From Puniceicoccaceae bacterium (GTDB lineage: Bacteria; Verrucomicrobiota; Verrucomicrobiia; Opitutales; Oceanipulchritudinaceae), in assembly GCA_040830765.1 (NCBI GenBank), contig JBFOMH010000005.1, forward strand, positions 64,001 through 128,000: 64,000 nucleotides of DNA, written 5' to 3'. Both the position numbers and the translations under genes were made by a program. Within the stretch, counting starts at the first letter, position 1. Every line of letters starts with the position of its first letter. Positions 38,940 through 46,607 of the stretch are shown one piece after another. The notes below the pieces were generated by a model, which had not been told where the DNA came from, did no database searches, and saw only the letters and a list, made by a program, of their open reading frames with translations.

Positions 38940-40406
38940 ATGGATTCCCCCTCCAAGACAATTGCCATTGCCGGAGCCAGCGGCTTTGTCGGAACTTCGC
39001 TGCGAACTGCTCTTGGCCACAAATACAACTGGATTGGCCTGACCCGTTCAGAGACCGTTGTTGAGAAGGCAGGCCCTGAGGAGACAACCTGGCGACGCTG
39101 CGATCTCTTCTCCCTACCACAGGTCCGGACAGCTCTTGAAGGAGCCGATCTGGCCATTTACATGGTCCACTCGATGCTGCCCTCGAGCCGCCTGGTACAG
39201 GGAAATTTCCGGGACATGGACCTCCTTCTGGCGGATAATTTCATCCGGGCAGCCGAGGAAGCCGGGGTCAAGCGGGTGATCTACATCGGCGGACTGATCC
39301 CTACCGAGGAAGACGAATCCCGCCTCTCCCCTCACCTTGCCAGTCGGCTGGAGGTGGAACGAGTCCTGGGCTGCCGGTCGATTCCCGTGACAGTCCTCCG
39401 GGCCGGGCTCATTTTCGGGCCCGGTGGTTCCTCCGCCCGCATGCTGCTCAACCTGACCCGTCGTCTGCCGTTCATGCTGCTGCCCGCCTGGACCCGCAAC
39501 CGGACCCAATCGGTCGATATCCGGGATATCGTGCGGGCGATCGACCTTTGCCTGGAAAGTGATACCTACACAGGGACCTTCGATGTCGCCGGCCACAAGC
39601 CGATGAGCTACGGGGAGATGATCCTGAGGACAAGCGAGCTACTCGGGAGAAAGACGTCCTACCTGAGCATTCCCGTCAATCTGGTCCGCCTCAGCCGGCG
39701 CTGGGTAAGCCTTTTTGGGAGCACCCCCACTTATCTCGTCGGGCCGCTTCTGGAAAGCCTGCGCCACAGCCTCGAGGCAAAAAGCAATCCGCTCCTTGAA
39801 GCGATTATGGCGGATGCCATACCCTTCGATCAGAGTGTCCGGGACTCCATTGATGCCGCGGGGCGACCACTGCCCAATCCCCGGCAGACCATCCTCAAGG
39901 AGGACTCGGAAAAGCTGTTCCGGGCCAAACGGGTGCGGTCGATCCAGCGCATGCCCTTGCCTGATCATTGGTCCGCCCCCAAGCTGTCGGATACCTATGC
40001 CAGCTGGATCAGTCGTTTTACGCTTTCATTTGTCCAGGAGGACAGGAATGGTGACGGTATCCTGCGCTTCCGGCTGTTCGGCAGCAGAGTCGTCCTCCTT
40101 GAGTTCACCCCGACACCCTATTCGGCCAATTGCCGGTATCGGCGGGCCTATTACATCACCGGCGGCGCCCTCTCCAAGACCGTCGACCCCCCGGGTCGTT
40201 TCGAGCTGCGCATTTTCCCTGAACTGGGCTGCCTCGTCACCGCTATCCACGGTTACAACCCGAGAATCCCCTGGTGGCTCTACTCGGTCAGCCAGGCCTA
40301 TGTCCACCTGGCCGTTATGAAGGCCTTTTCACGTTTCCTTCGAAAATTGCGTGACCAAATTGCTAAAGAAGCCTCCGATGGGGGAACATCCGGCAATTGC
40401 GATTGA
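38940..40406 (+). CDS. NAD(P)-binding atypical SDR (YbjT-like) with C-terminal extension
   Basis: AGASGFVG, YMVHSM, SPHLASRLEVE, LRAGLIFGPGGSS. Confidence 0.85.
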   Translation: MDSPSKTIAIAGASGFVGTSLRTALGHKYNWIGLTRSETVVEKAGPEETTWRRCDLFSLPQVRTALEGADLAIYMVHSMLPSSRLVQGNFRDMDLLLADNFIRAAEEAGVKRVIYIGGLIPTEEDESRLSPHLASRLEVERVLGCRSIPVTVLRAGLIFGPGGSSARMLLNLTRRLPFMLLPAWTRNRTQSVDIRDIVRAIDLCLESDTYTGTFDVAGHKPMSYGEMILRTSELLGRKTSYLSIPVNLVRLSRRWVSLFGSTPTYLVGPLLESLRHSLEAKSNPLLEAIMADAIPFDQSVRDSIDAAGRPLPNPRQTILKEDSEKLFRAKRVRSIQRMPLPDHWSAPKLSDTYASWISRFTLSFVQEDRNGDGILRFRLFGSRVVLLEFTPTPYSANCRYRRAYYITGGALSKTVDPPGRFELRIFPELGCLVTAIHGYNPRIPWWLYSVSQAYVHLAVMKAFSRFLRKLRDQIAKEASDGGTSGNCD

Positions 40407-40473
40407 CGGATAGGCAGCAGGCGGCGACAGTCCGCCTCGGGATATGTTTTGCGGCTCTATTTTCTCAGCCGTC

Positions 40474-41667
40474 ATGCGCTGCTTTCCAACCGGATTGCGG
40501 GCATTGGCGGTGTCACTCATCGGGTTGTCTCCTCTTTTGGGGCAACCGGTGGACTACTATGCCTCGGCAGTGGGACTTACCGGTACACCCCTGAAAACCG
40601 CCTTGGAGGGCATCATCGACGGGCATTCCGTCCTCTCCTACACACCTGGCGTCTGGGAAGCCCATAAGGACCTTTATGAGGATCCGGATAATCCGGCGAA
40701 CCTGATCCTGTTCTATTCCCAGGCCAGCATCTCCAAGGCCCTTCAGGATAGCGGATCGAGTCCGGGCACTTACTTCAACCGGGAGCACCTCTGGCCGAGG
40801 AGCTATGGTGTTGGTTCCTCGGGTGCCGACAACACCGACTTGTTTCACCTCGTACCGGCCTACAAGGGAGTCAACAGCGACCGGGGCAACCAGTATTTCG
40901 ATTACTCCGATCCCAATGCCAGCGGCTACGCCGATCCGGCCAACACCCTGGCTCCCGATTGTACCGAAGACAACAATTCCTGGGAACCGGCTGATGCCCA
41001 AAAGGGCTGGGTCGCCCGGGCCATGCTCTACATGACCACCCGCTACAATTACCTTGATCTGGTGGACACACCTCCCAGCCCCGCTCCCAACACCAGCAGC
41101 TCAAGAATGGCCCAGCTGTCCGTCATGCTGGAATGGAACCGCAAATTCCTTCCCTCCGACAAGGAAACCGACGTTTGCCAGCGCATTTTCGACAACTACC
41201 AAGGCAACCGGAATCCCTACATCGACTTCCCGGAGTTTGCCGACCTGGTCTGGGTGAGCGGACCCTCTTGGGGAGGATGGAGGATGGAGCACTTCTCCCT
41301 CCAGGAATTGACGGATGACCTCGTTTCCGGGGACCTTGCCGATCCCGATGCTGATGGCCTCAACAATCTCATGGAAATGGCCCGCTACTCCGATCCGCGG
41401 ACGCCGGAAACCGATACCGTCATTGATTTTATTGAGGACGGGGGCTCGCTCATCATACGCTTCATACGCGCCAATGACACCAACAACCTCAATCTGGACC
41501 TCATCCTTGAGGAGTCGCAGAACCTGGTCGATTGGGCACCGACCAGCCTTGAGGGTGCCAGTACCACATCACTCGACTCCAACCGGGAAAGAGTTGACGT
41601 ACAAGTGGTTGCCAGCCCTCAGGAGCCCCGCTTCTTCCGGTTGCGGGCTATCCGGCCTGCCCTTTGA
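40474..41667 (+). CDS. Secreted Endonuclease I (EndA/Bsn-like His-Me finger) nuclease
   Basis: NREHLWPRS, DLFHLVP...NSDRGN, KGWVARAMLYM, QGNRNPYIDFPE. Start uncertain (40444 or 40474). Confidence 0.9.
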   Translation: MRCFPTGLRALAVSLIGLSPLLGQPVDYYASAVGLTGTPLKTALEGIIDGHSVLSYTPGVWEAHKDLYEDPDNPANLILFYSQASISKALQDSGSSPGTYFNREHLWPRSYGVGSSGADNTDLFHLVPAYKGVNSDRGNQYFDYSDPNASGYADPANTLAPDCTEDNNSWEPADAQKGWVARAMLYMTTRYNYLDLVDTPPSPAPNTSSSRMAQLSVMLEWNRKFLPSDKETDVCQRIFDNYQGNRNPYIDFPEFADLVWVSGPSWGGWRMEHFSLQELTDDLVSGDLADPDADGLNNLMEMARYSDPRTPETDTVIDFIEDGGSLIIRFIRANDTNNLNLDLILEESQNLVDWAPTSLEGASTTSLDSNRERVDVQVVASPQEPRFFRLRAIRPAL

Positions 41668-41733
41668 GCCTTGCCAGCAGCGGCAACATTCATACCGATA
41701 GTTATCTGTCCCTAACTTGATCGAACTTTTCTT

Positions 41734-42309
41734 GTGCCCACATTCAAGCAGCAGCCATTCCTGATGCTCACCGCATTGGTCTCTTCCGCTATGGTGACCC
41801 CCGCCATGGGCAACTTCATCGATGGCGGACTCGAATGGCTCATGGTAACGGATTCCATCAACTTGGGATTCGAGGAAATGCAAGTGCAGCTGCAATCGGG
41901 AGGAACCTTCGAAGGCTACCGGCATGCCACCCTCGATGAGACGTGGACCCTGGCCAGTAACTTTGGGTATAATCCGGACTTGACTGCACTGGAGAATGCG
42001 GTGGCCGTCGAGAATCTGCACGAGGCCCTGGGAACGACCTTTGCCAGTAGTGCCGGTACGTTGCAGTTTTCCACCTTGGGATACATTGATGACGGTACCC
42101 GCTTCGACATTGTCCTGCAGCTCCCCATCCCGGACGATTCATCCACCTACCTCGGTGAAGCCTACCAGACCGATCTCGGCTTTCTTCCGCCACCGAGCAA
42201 CCTTATTGGCCATTACCTCGTCCGGCCGATACCGGAACCAGCCCATCTGGCTGCCATCTTGGGGCTGCTTGCTCTCTCGTTTCTGATTCGAAGGCATAGG
42301 ATCCGGTAA
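41734..42309 (+). CDS. PEP-CTERM protein
   Basis: C-terminus IPEPAHLAAILGLLALSFLIRRHRIR; signal peptide. Confidence 0.88.
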   Translation: MPTFKQQPFLMLTALVSSAMVTPAMGNFIDGGLEWLMVTDSINLGFEEMQVQLQSGGTFEGYRHATLDETWTLASNFGYNPDLTALENAVAVENLHEALGTTFASSAGTLQFSTLGYIDDGTRFDIVLQLPIPDDSSTYLGEAYQTDLGFLPPPSNLIGHYLVRPIPEPAHLAAILGLLALSFLIRRHRIR

Positions 42310-42311
42310 AC

Positions 42312-42338
42312 AAAAAAGCCCCGTCGCATGGACGGGGC
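42312..42338 (-). terminator. Rho-independent terminator between convergent PEP-CTERM genes
   Basis: On the minus strand: GCCCCGTC-CATGC-GACGGGGC (8-bp stem) followed by TTTTTT. Confidence 0.8.
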
Positions 42339-42364
42339 CTTGAAAAGTAATTGATTGCCAATTC

Positions 42365-43087
42365 TTACTTGCGGCGCCGGTAGGCGACGTAAGCCAGACC
42401 AATCAGGCCAAGGATGGCCGCATAGGTGGACGGCTCAGGGACAATCGGATTAACCGAACCAAAGGTACTGGGAGTTACGGTCGGATCGATGTCAAATACG
42501 CTCCCGGCAATTGGAGTTGCATCCAAAGCGAAAACATCTGTTCCAGCCGGATCATTTACCGCATACCATGCGTTAGTGACACCATCACGAAACACACTTT
42601 GCGGCTCGTCTCCAGTGTAACTGAAATCACTTCCACCCATGGCTACTCCATAAATGGTTGCTTCGTCCCCAACGTTATCTGGAACACCAAGGGCATCATA
42701 AATTGTCCCAAAAAAGGACAGATCGGGTGCTCCCCCAGTTTCTATAGTAGTAACACCGACTGTTCCTGTGAAAGTTTCGGTGATGGCAACTGTAAAGGAG
42801 GGATTCTCCAAGTCAGGCATTGAGAGCACTAGCAAACCGTTACCATCGAAGACAGTAGCGTTACTTGTGAAATCTGCTGCACGATCAACTGTGCCAAACG
42901 GGGATGTTGCATCCGATTCGATCGAAATGACCCAGCCCTGAAACAAAGCGCCAGGAGTTCCTTTAAGCTCGATATCAACATTAGCAGGATCGGTTCCAGT
43001 CGGATTTGGCTGGAATTCGTTAATTAAAATTTGCCCGTGTCCAATACTTGCGCCGAATAGGGCTAATAGTAGAAGTGCTTTTTTCAT
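42365..43087 (-). CDS. PEP-CTERM protein with lamin-tail-like N-terminal domain
   Basis: ILINEFQPNPTGTD...IELKGTPG; C-terminus VPEPSTYAAILGLIGLAYVAYRRRK. Confidence 0.9.
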   Translation of the reverse strand: MKKALLLLALFGASIGHGQILINEFQPNPTGTDPANVDIELKGTPGALFQGWVISIESDATSPFGTVDRAADFTSNATVFDGNGLLVLSMPDLENPSFTVAITETFTGTVGVTTIETGGAPDLSFFGTIYDALGVPDNVGDEATIYGVAMGGSDFSYTGDEPQSVFRDGVTNAWYAVNDPAGTDVFALDATPIAGSVFDIDPTVTPSTFGSVNPIVPEPSTYAAILGLIGLAYVAYRRRK

Positions 43088-43202
43088 AGTAGATAGGTTC
43101 TAATTAGGAGTTTACCCTTAGTTGACACTTCGGATAATCTTCAACACTCCTTCCGAAAGCAACCCAATAATGTCACAATTCAGTTAAATGGAGTTAGAAA
43201 TC

Positions 43203-46200
43203 CTAAAACGAATACCGCATCCCGACCTGGATAGCCCAGCGGGAGGCCAAACCAGTGGGTAATTGGTAAAAAAGCGCCTCACTGGCCTGGACGGATTCCT
43301 GGTAGCGGTATTCATAGAAACCAAACTCGTTCCCCTTGTCGCCTCGTGGGATTGGCTTGTAGGAAGGGGCGACGATATTGACCGCCCGTCCGAAACTGCC
43401 CTTGGGCCGTTTCACGAGTCCCCACTCATCATTGATGAGGTTACCGACATTCTGGATATTGAGGATCAGTTCCACTTTATGCCCGCGCCAGATGGGAATT
43501 TCCTGGGTGATATTGATATCGAATTGGTGGATAAAGGGGGCGCGACCGGTATTCCGGGGAAGAATCTGGCCCTTGTACTCCCTGAGACCCGGGGTGGAGT
43601 CGACAAACTCCATGAACGCCACTCCTTCGGTATCGCGAACGCTGTCATTACGACCCCAGGCGACAAGCGGATCATCGAGTCCGGTCGGAATGTAGATAAG
43701 GTCGTTGCCAGTATTGCCGTCCTTGTTGATATCCACATTGAGGCCACCATAAAGGTAGGAAAAGGGCCGGCCGCTGCGGCCGTCATAGATCACGCTCATG
43801 CGGGTCTTCCACTTATTCCACCAGGGAATCTCAACCGTTACCGAACCGATGATGCGATGCCGGGTCTCAAATGAACTGGTACCCAGGATGGCATCATTGG
43901 GATTCGGGGCGACATTGGCGATCCAGTTGGTGTAGGCGGATGGGCTGGAAGCATCATTGACGGTCTTGTTGATAGTGTAGGTGTACCCGAGGCGGTAACC
44001 CCACCAGTCCTTGACCGGCCGTTGAAGTTCAATCGTATACTGGCTGCCGTGGCCCTTGGAAGTGTTCTTCAATTCAAGGACATCGCGGTATCCCGACTCG
44101 CGCCACCGGTCATCGCTGAGACCCGTGTTCGTGTAGACCTCACGCCCGTCCGGCAAATATCCCTTGAAGAAACCGCTTTCATTCAGCTGCAAGTTGTTAT
44201 TCACGTAATGAATATCCTGCTGGGTCTTGGACCACTGCAGTTCCAGCGTAAGGATGGAATCAAAGAGAAAGTCGAGCCGCTGGTCGACAGCGAGGTTGGC
44301 TTTCCAGTCGGTCGGCATCTTGAATCCATCCGTCAGGTAATTGACAACAACGGAACTGGCCTCGCTGCGGCCGTAGGCATCATCAATCCAGGCCACGGCC
44401 TCCATCGGATCAAGAGTGAACGGGGGGCTGACCTGGTTGGTATTGGAGGCGACAAAAACCTTGCTGACCCCGTTGTTGACATAGGCATTGGAAAGCCAGA
44501 CATGCGGTGCCGTACCAAAGAAGAGTCCGATCCCACCACGCAGCTGGGTATCACGGTCTTCGAACGGTTTGTAGTTAAACCCAATGCGCGGCTGGATGAC
44601 ATAATTCCCGTCGATTGTATTGGTGTTGGTCTGGCCGAACACTTCCTCGAAGCTACGCGGCGGATCGTCCGTGGAGGGACGTGCCTCCGACGGCTCGTCA
44701 TCCACCAACGGGTAATCAATCCGCAGGCCGGCGGTAATGTTCAGCCGGTCTGTGACAAACCAGTTGTCCTGGACGTAAGCGGCAGCGATGGCCATCGACC
44801 AGTCGGCGATACCGGTTTCCCCATCGCCAGGTATTTCAACGGAAAAGTTACTGGCCCGGCCCGGCGAGGTATTTCCCTGCTCGTCTGTTTCCAATGCCCC
44901 GACGTAACCGTCATTGTTCTCGGCCGAGCCGACGCCACGGAAGAACCAGCTGCCGATGGGATTGGAAAAGAACGACTGGGTATTGTCGTAATTTTCATAC
45001 TGCAGCCCAAAGGCCAGTTGGTGGTCGCCCAGCAACCAGGTTCCCTTGAATTGGGCAATCAGCGTGTTGACCTGCAGATCATTAAGGGTACCCCGTCCAA
45101 AGGTGACGGTCCGGGAACCACCAACCTCATCATCCGTGTCCTTGATTCCCTGGATACTGACCTCCGTCAGGTCCTCATCGTATTGCAGGTTTCTTGTCTG
45201 TTCCTTGTAGGAGACCCGCAATGAGGTTGTGAATTCCGGAGTCCAGTTGCTGAACAGTTCCACAACGTAGTCATCCAGTCCATACGCGGTCCGGTACCAG
45301 GCTGTATTGAAACTGGTGCCACGGGACCCGGGAAATTGGGGATCGCTGCCAGGGGTCGTGTTGTAGCGGAAAGTTGCCCGGTGCCGGTCGGTAATGTTCC
45401 AGTCCAGCTTGATGAGCAACTTCTCATCCTCGAGTGTGTAGGAATCCGGATCATCGAGGATTCCCGGATCAAATGGGGTGACGAAATTCTGGGAGGCGTT
45501 GACGATATCAGCAATCTGATTCGGATCGGCGAGGAATTCCGACTCCTCCCGCACCCGTGTCTCCTCGACCATCTCGTAAAGAATGAAAAAGAAGAGTTTG
45601 TCCTTGATGATGGGACCGCGCAGGGAAATCCCAATGGTGTACTCCTCAAAGTCATCAAAGGGAATCAAGTCCCCGGAACCAATTTCATACAAGTCACCCA
45701 CCATGCTGGCGTCCCGATAGTAGCCGAAGACGGAGCCGTGGAACTCATTGGAACCGCTCTTGGTGACAGCCGTGATGGCTGCGCCGGTAAAACCGGCATT
45801 CTCAACCGAATACGGGGAAAACTGGACGCTCACTTCGGCAATTGCCTCAAGGGAAAATGGCTGCTTGAGCGCTGGCAGGCCACTTTCACTCAGACCGAAG
45901 GAGTCATTGGTCGGAACACCATCAATCAGGAGTGAGTTGTAACGCGTATTTTTGCCGCCGGCCGACAACTGGCCCGAATCCCGGTCAAATACCGCAATCC
46001 GCGAGTCCAGCTTGGCGATATCACTCAAGGAGCGTGTCACTGAGGGAATATTGCGGATTTCCTCCTCGCTGACCCGGGAACCCGAACCTTGGTTGGAGCT
46101 GATGAAAATGAGGCTCTGGTCCTCGGCCATGACCTCAAACGCTTCCAGTTCAAACACTTCCTCACCCTCTGCCCGCAGGCGCATGTTGACATCCGTGGTC

Positions 46201-46508
46201 TGCTGCAAGCCGAGGGAAATACCGTCCCTTACTCCTGGATCAAATCCAATCGCCTCTACCTCTACCCGGTAGGGTCCCCCTACCCGCATCCCGCCCATGC
46301 GGAAGTGTCCTTTGTCGCTGGTACGGGCGCTGTAACTCGTCCCCGTTGGGACGTGAGTTGCCCGGACCTGTGCGTTGCTGACCGGAGCTCCTGTGGAGTC
46401 CATGATGGTGCCAGCCATGTTGGAGGTCGTGACATCCTGTCCTAAGGAAAGGACGGGAAAAAAGGCAAGGGAGAGAAGACAAGACAGGAAGAAGCGCACG
46501 GTCTTCAT
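43203..46508 (-). CDS. Oar-like TonB-dependent receptor with carboxypeptidase-regulatory-like N-terminal domain
   Basis: GMRVGGPYRV, IDGVPTNDSFGL, GFTGAAITAVTKSGSNEFHGS, YVQDNW...GLRID, QPRIGFNY, C-terminal GMRYSF. Confidence 0.93.
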   Translation of the reverse strand: MKTVRFFLSCLLSLAFFPVLSLGQDVTTSNMAGTIMDSTGAPVSNAQVRATHVPTGTSYSARTSDKGHFRMGGMRVGGPYRVEVEAIGFDPGVRDGISLGLQQTTDVNMRLRAEGEEVFELEAFEVMAEDQSLIFISSNQGSGSRVSEEEIRNIPSVTRSLSDIAKLDSRIAVFDRDSGQLSAGGKNTRYNSLLIDGVPTNDSFGLSESGLPALKQPFSLEAIAEVSVQFSPYSVENAGFTGAAITAVTKSGSNEFHGSVFGYYRDASMVGDLYEIGSGDLIPFDDFEEYTIGISLRGPIIKDKLFFFILYEMVEETRVREESEFLADPNQIADIVNASQNFVTPFDPGILDDPDSYTLEDEKLLIKLDWNITDRHRATFRYNTTPGSDPQFPGSRGTSFNTAWYRTAYGLDDYVVELFSNWTPEFTTSLRVSYKEQTRNLQYDEDLTEVSIQGIKDTDDEVGGSRTVTFGRGTLNDLQVNTLIAQFKGTWLLGDHQLAFGLQYENYDNTQSFFSNPIGSWFFRGVGSAENNDGYVGALETDEQGNTSPGRASNFSVEIPGDGETGIADWSMAIAAAYVQDNWFVTDRLNITAGLRIDYPLVDDEPSEARPSTDDPPRSFEEVFGQTNTNTIDGNYVIQPRIGFNYKPFEDRDTQLRGGIGLFFGTAPHVWLSNAYVNNGVSKVFVASNTNQVSPPFTLDPMEAVAWIDDAYGRSEASSVVVNYLTDGFKMPTDWKANLAVDQRLDFLFDSILTLELQWSKTQQDIHYVNNNLQLNESGFFKGYLPDGREVYTNTGLSDDRWRESGYRDVLELKNTSKGHGSQYTIELQRPVKDWWGYRLGYTYTINKTVNDASSPSAYTNWIANVAPNPNDAILGTSSFETRHRIIGSVTVEIPWWNKWKTRMSVIYDGRSGRPFSYLYGGLNVDINKDGNTGNDLIYIPTGLDDPLVAWGRNDSVRDTEGVAFMEFVDSTPGLREYKGQILPRNTGRAPFIHQFDINITQEIPIWRGHKVELILNIQNVGNLINDEWGLVKRPKGSFGRAVNIVAPSYKPIPRGDKGNEFGFYEYRYQESVQASEALFYQLPTGLASRWAIQVGMRYSF

Positions 46509-46557
46509 ATCGGTAGTTTGGACTGGGTTTGCTGGATTTGGTTAGGAAAAGGCAAGA

Positions 46558-46583
46558 ACGGCCCCGCAGTTACGCGGGGCCGT
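46558..46583. promoter_or_regulatory. Intergenic stem-loop (terminator/attenuator or mRNA stabiliser)
   Basis: ACGGCCCCGC-agttac-GCGGGGCCGT perfect 10-bp stem between co-oriented genes; only a weak U-tract (TCTT) on the minus strand. Confidence 0.55.
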
Positions 46584-46607
46584 CCAGCCTCAAAGAAGGA
46601 TCCGCTA

